DNA of 16,347 nucleotides from a virus (Duplodnaviria; Heunggongvirae; Uroviricota; Caudoviricetes): IMG/VR virus record IMGVR_UViG_2529292905_000024; one strand, 5' to 3'. Shown piece by piece: positions 14,343 to 16,347 of this stretch (position 1 is its first letter; each line of letters starts with the position of its first letter). The notes under the pieces were generated by a model. It saw only the letters and a program-made list of their open reading frames with translations, ran no database searches and was not told where the DNA came from. The position numbers and the translations under genes were made by a program.

Positions 14343-15230
14343 TCAGGCTGCCAGATCATCGTTTCTGATGGAAGCATAATAAGCTTTTTCTGCTTCTGCC
14401 GGAGGGATATGACCCAGCCTTCCCAGCAATCGTCGATTGTTATACCAGTCCACCCACGTGAGTGTGGCCAGTTCCACTTCTGCACGGTTTTTCCAGCTCT
14501 TACGGTGTATTACCTCCGCTTTGTAAAGACCATTGATGCTCTCCGCCATCGCGTTGTCATACGAGTCACCTGTACTCCCTGTTGATGCCAGCAGTTTTGC
14601 TTCTTTTAGTCGCTCCGTATAGGCCAGTGATACATACTGAGAACCTTTATCACTGTGATGGACTGTGCCGGACGGCCGACGGGCCCACAACGCCTGCTCC
14701 AGTGCATCCAGCACGAATGTCGTTTCCATAGACGATGAGACTCGCCACCCCACGATGCATCCGGCAAACACATCAATGATGAACGCCACATAGACGAAGC
14801 CCTGCCATGTGCTGACGTAAGTAAAATCAGCCACCCACAGCTGGTCAGGACGTTCTGCCACGAACTGACGGTTTACGCGGTCGCCTGCGGAAACGGCTTT
14901 CCGGCTGACGGTAGTACGGACCTTTTTACCCCGGAGAACACCGGCAAGTCCCATAACCGCCATGAGGCGCGCCACTGTACATCTGGCCACCCTGATACCT
15001 TCGCGTAACAACTGGCGCCAGACTTTACGCACACCGTACACCTGATGATTTTCATCGTATACGCGCTGTATCTCTCTCTTCAGCCAGTCATCGCGCTGCG
15101 CACGGGCACTGCGTTTATCAGGATGATGTCGCTGTTGCTGACAGTGGTAATACGTTGACGGGGCAATATGCAGTTCACTGCATACCGGTCCGACCCCGTA
15201 CTGCTCACGCAGCTTATCCAGCAGTGGCAT
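14343..15230 (-). CDS. IS3-family transposase OrfB (DDE integrase core)
   Basis: 295-aa ORF; LWVADFTYVSTWQGFVYVAFIIDVFAGCIVGW and HHSDKGSQY...DNAMAES motifs typical of IS3-family OrfB. Confidence 0.9.
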   Translation of the reverse strand: MPLLDKLREQYGVGPVCSELHIAPSTYYHCQQQRHHPDKRSARAQRDDWLKREIQRVYDENHQVYGVRKVWRQLLREGIRVARCTVARLMAVMGLAGVLRGKKVRTTVSRKAVSAGDRVNRQFVAERPDQLWVADFTYVSTWQGFVYVAFIIDVFAGCIVGWRVSSSMETTFVLDALEQALWARRPSGTVHHSDKGSQYVSLAYTERLKEAKLLASTGSTGDSYDNAMAESINGLYKAEVIHRKSWKNRAEVELATLTWVDWYNNRRLLGRLGHIPPAEAEKAYYASIRNDDLAA

Positions 15231-15556
15231 TATTTTTTCCAGAGGCGGTCGAACTCCGCCTTCGCAAAATAAGCGGAAGCCTGGCGAAGGATATCGTTAC
15301 TGCGGCGCAGTTCACGATTTTCACGTTCCAGCTCTTTCAGACGCTGACGTTCAGCGGTGGTGAATCCACCATCACCACTCCCGGTATCCCGCTCATGCTG
15401 ACGAACCCACACACGCAGAGTCTCTGGCGTACAGCCAATCTTTGGGGCAATGGAACAAATTGCCGCCCATTGTGAGTCATATTCGCCCTGACTTTCCAGA
15501 ACCATACGAACTGCCCGTTGACGGACCTCGGGGGAAAAACGTGTATTTTTAGTCAT
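15230..15556 (-). CDS. IS3-family transposase OrfA (HTH and leucine-zipper region)
   Basis: 108-aa [24 protein letters not shown]... recalled as IS629/IS1203 OrfA; stop overlaps the orfB ATG at an A6 run. Confidence 0.9.
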   Translation of the reverse strand: MTKNTRFSPEVRQRAVRMVLESQGEYDSQWAAICSIAPKIGCTPETLRVWVRQHERDTGSGDGGFTTAERQRLKELERENRELRRSNDILRQASAYFAKAEFDRLWKK

Positions 15557-15610
15557 CCTGTTTACCTCTTTCTCAGGGAGTTTAGTCTCCAGGATTCCCG
15601 GGGCGGTTCA

Positions 15611-16168
15611 TTCAAGGCAAAAAACCGAGAGCGCTATGTGACTGACAAAGAATACCAGGCCGTATTAAGCGTGGCTCCTGTGCCTGTTTTTATCGCGATG
15701 GAAATTGCATATCTGTGCGCAGCAAGGATTTCCGATGTGTTATCTCTGAAATGGGAACAGATCGGAAACGATGGGATCTTTATCCAGCAAGGTAAAACAG
15801 GAAAGAAACAGATAAAAGCCTGGAGCCCCCGCCTGCAATCAGTTATAGAAAAAGCCAAACAACTCCCCAAGTCGGCCTATGTAATCAGCAATCAGTACGG
15901 CAACCGTTACATGTATAAAGGATTTAATGAAATGTGGGTTGAGGCAAGAAATTTAGCAGGACAGATATCTGGGATCGCCACCGATTTTACGTTCCATGAC
16001 CTTAAAGCCAAGGGGATATCAGATTACGAAGGTAGTAGCCGGGATAAACAACTTTTCTCTGGTCACAAGACCGAAGGACAGGTATTAATCTATGACAGGA
16101 AAGTGAAGATCTCACCTACACTGGATGTACCTTTACCCCAGAATATTCCAACAAAATATTCCAAGTAA
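15611..16168 (+). pseudogene. Tyrosine integrase, C-terminal catalytic fragment truncated at its 5' end by IS629
   Basis: Reading frame continues directly from the IS end; contains catalytic-domain boxes (AYLCAARISDVLSLKWEQI, FHDLKAKG, SGHKTEGQVLIYDR); N-terminal half absent; ends 53 nt before serU. Confidence 0.8.
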
Positions 16169-16220
16169 TTCCAAGTGTGATTTTTATCACTGACTTGATG
16201 GCGTGTAAGTGATTGAATTT

Positions 16221-16310
16221 TGGCGGAGAGAGGGGGATTTGAACCCCCGGTGGAGTTGCCCCCACTCCGGTTTTCGAGACCGGTCCGTTCAGCCGCTCCG
16301 GCATCTCTCC
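16221..16310 (-). tRNA. serU: tRNA-Ser (anticodon CGA), prophage attachment site
   Basis: 90-nt class II tRNA GGAGAGATGCCGGAGCGGCTGAACGG...CTCGAAA...GGTTCAAATCCCCCTCTCTCCGCCA with long variable arm; integrase fragment abuts its 3' end. Confidence 0.9.
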
Positions 16311-16347
16311 GTTCAGATGGTTGCCATGATGCCAGGAAATTTGGCAT

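Larger units (their letters stand above)
14301..15610 (-). mobile_element. IS629-type insertion sequence (IS3 family), 1310 bp, apparently intact
   Basis: Imperfect terminal inverted repeats TGAACCGCCCCGG(ttt/gaa)tCCTGGAGA at both ends; orfA and orfB overlap in the TAATG arrangement expected for a -1 frameshift design; length matches IS629. Confidence 0.85.

Noticed and set aside
14261-15475. Track ORFs inside IS629 other than orfA and orfB (14261-14485, 14337-14585, 14606-14791, 14873-15055, 15155-15475)
   Set aside because: Overlap the two transposase frames of a well-defined IS; shadow ORFs.
15518-15610. N-terminal 31 codons of track ORF 15518-16168
   Set aside because: This part is IS629 terminal sequence read in frame; the real integrase sequence begins at 15611, so the ORF is an IS-integrase fusion artefact, annotated as a truncated pseudogene.
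16090-16347. Minus-strand ORFs 16090-16347 and 16116-16304
   Set aside because: They overlap the serU tRNA gene and the att region; explained by the tRNA.
1-16347. CRISPR arrays or cas genes
   Set aside because: No regularly spaced repeat-spacer structure seen; the only periodic direct repeats are the iterons inside the replication gene, which are translated and spaced about 23 bp apart.

Overview
The window is the early/regulatory half of a defective lambdoid prophage integrated at the 3' end of tRNA-Ser(CGA) (serU, 16221-16310), most likely in Escherichia coli or a close relative; all calls below are from reading the sequence and the ORF track, with no database search. Reading right to left on the minus strand it contains: a C-terminal integrase fragment truncated by an intact 1310-bp IS629-type element; a cI-like repressor and divergent cro-like gene sharing a three-copy operator motif; an O-like replication initiator with in-gene iterons; a Nin-like region (DUF968 protein, RusA, QuuD-type Q antiterminator); three phage tRNA genes; and a NanS-p-type sialate O-acetylesterase. 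The segment between the tRNAs and the esterase, where Stx phages carry stxAB, is only about 490 bp and empty. Four accessory insertions stand out: (1) a terminator-bounded two-gene moron encoding an unrecognised 216-aa protein plus a fused XRE-HTH/ImmA-IrrE (M78) metallopeptidase, which is my lead candidate for an undescribed regulated toxin or defence module; (2) an AT-rich island with a stand-alone 343-aa SIR2-like protein; (3) a hok type I toxin locus with a separate 29-aa hydrophobic ORF; (4) AT-rich cargo between Q and the tRNAs carrying a CPBP (Abi/CAAX-type) membrane protease and an AraC-family regulator.
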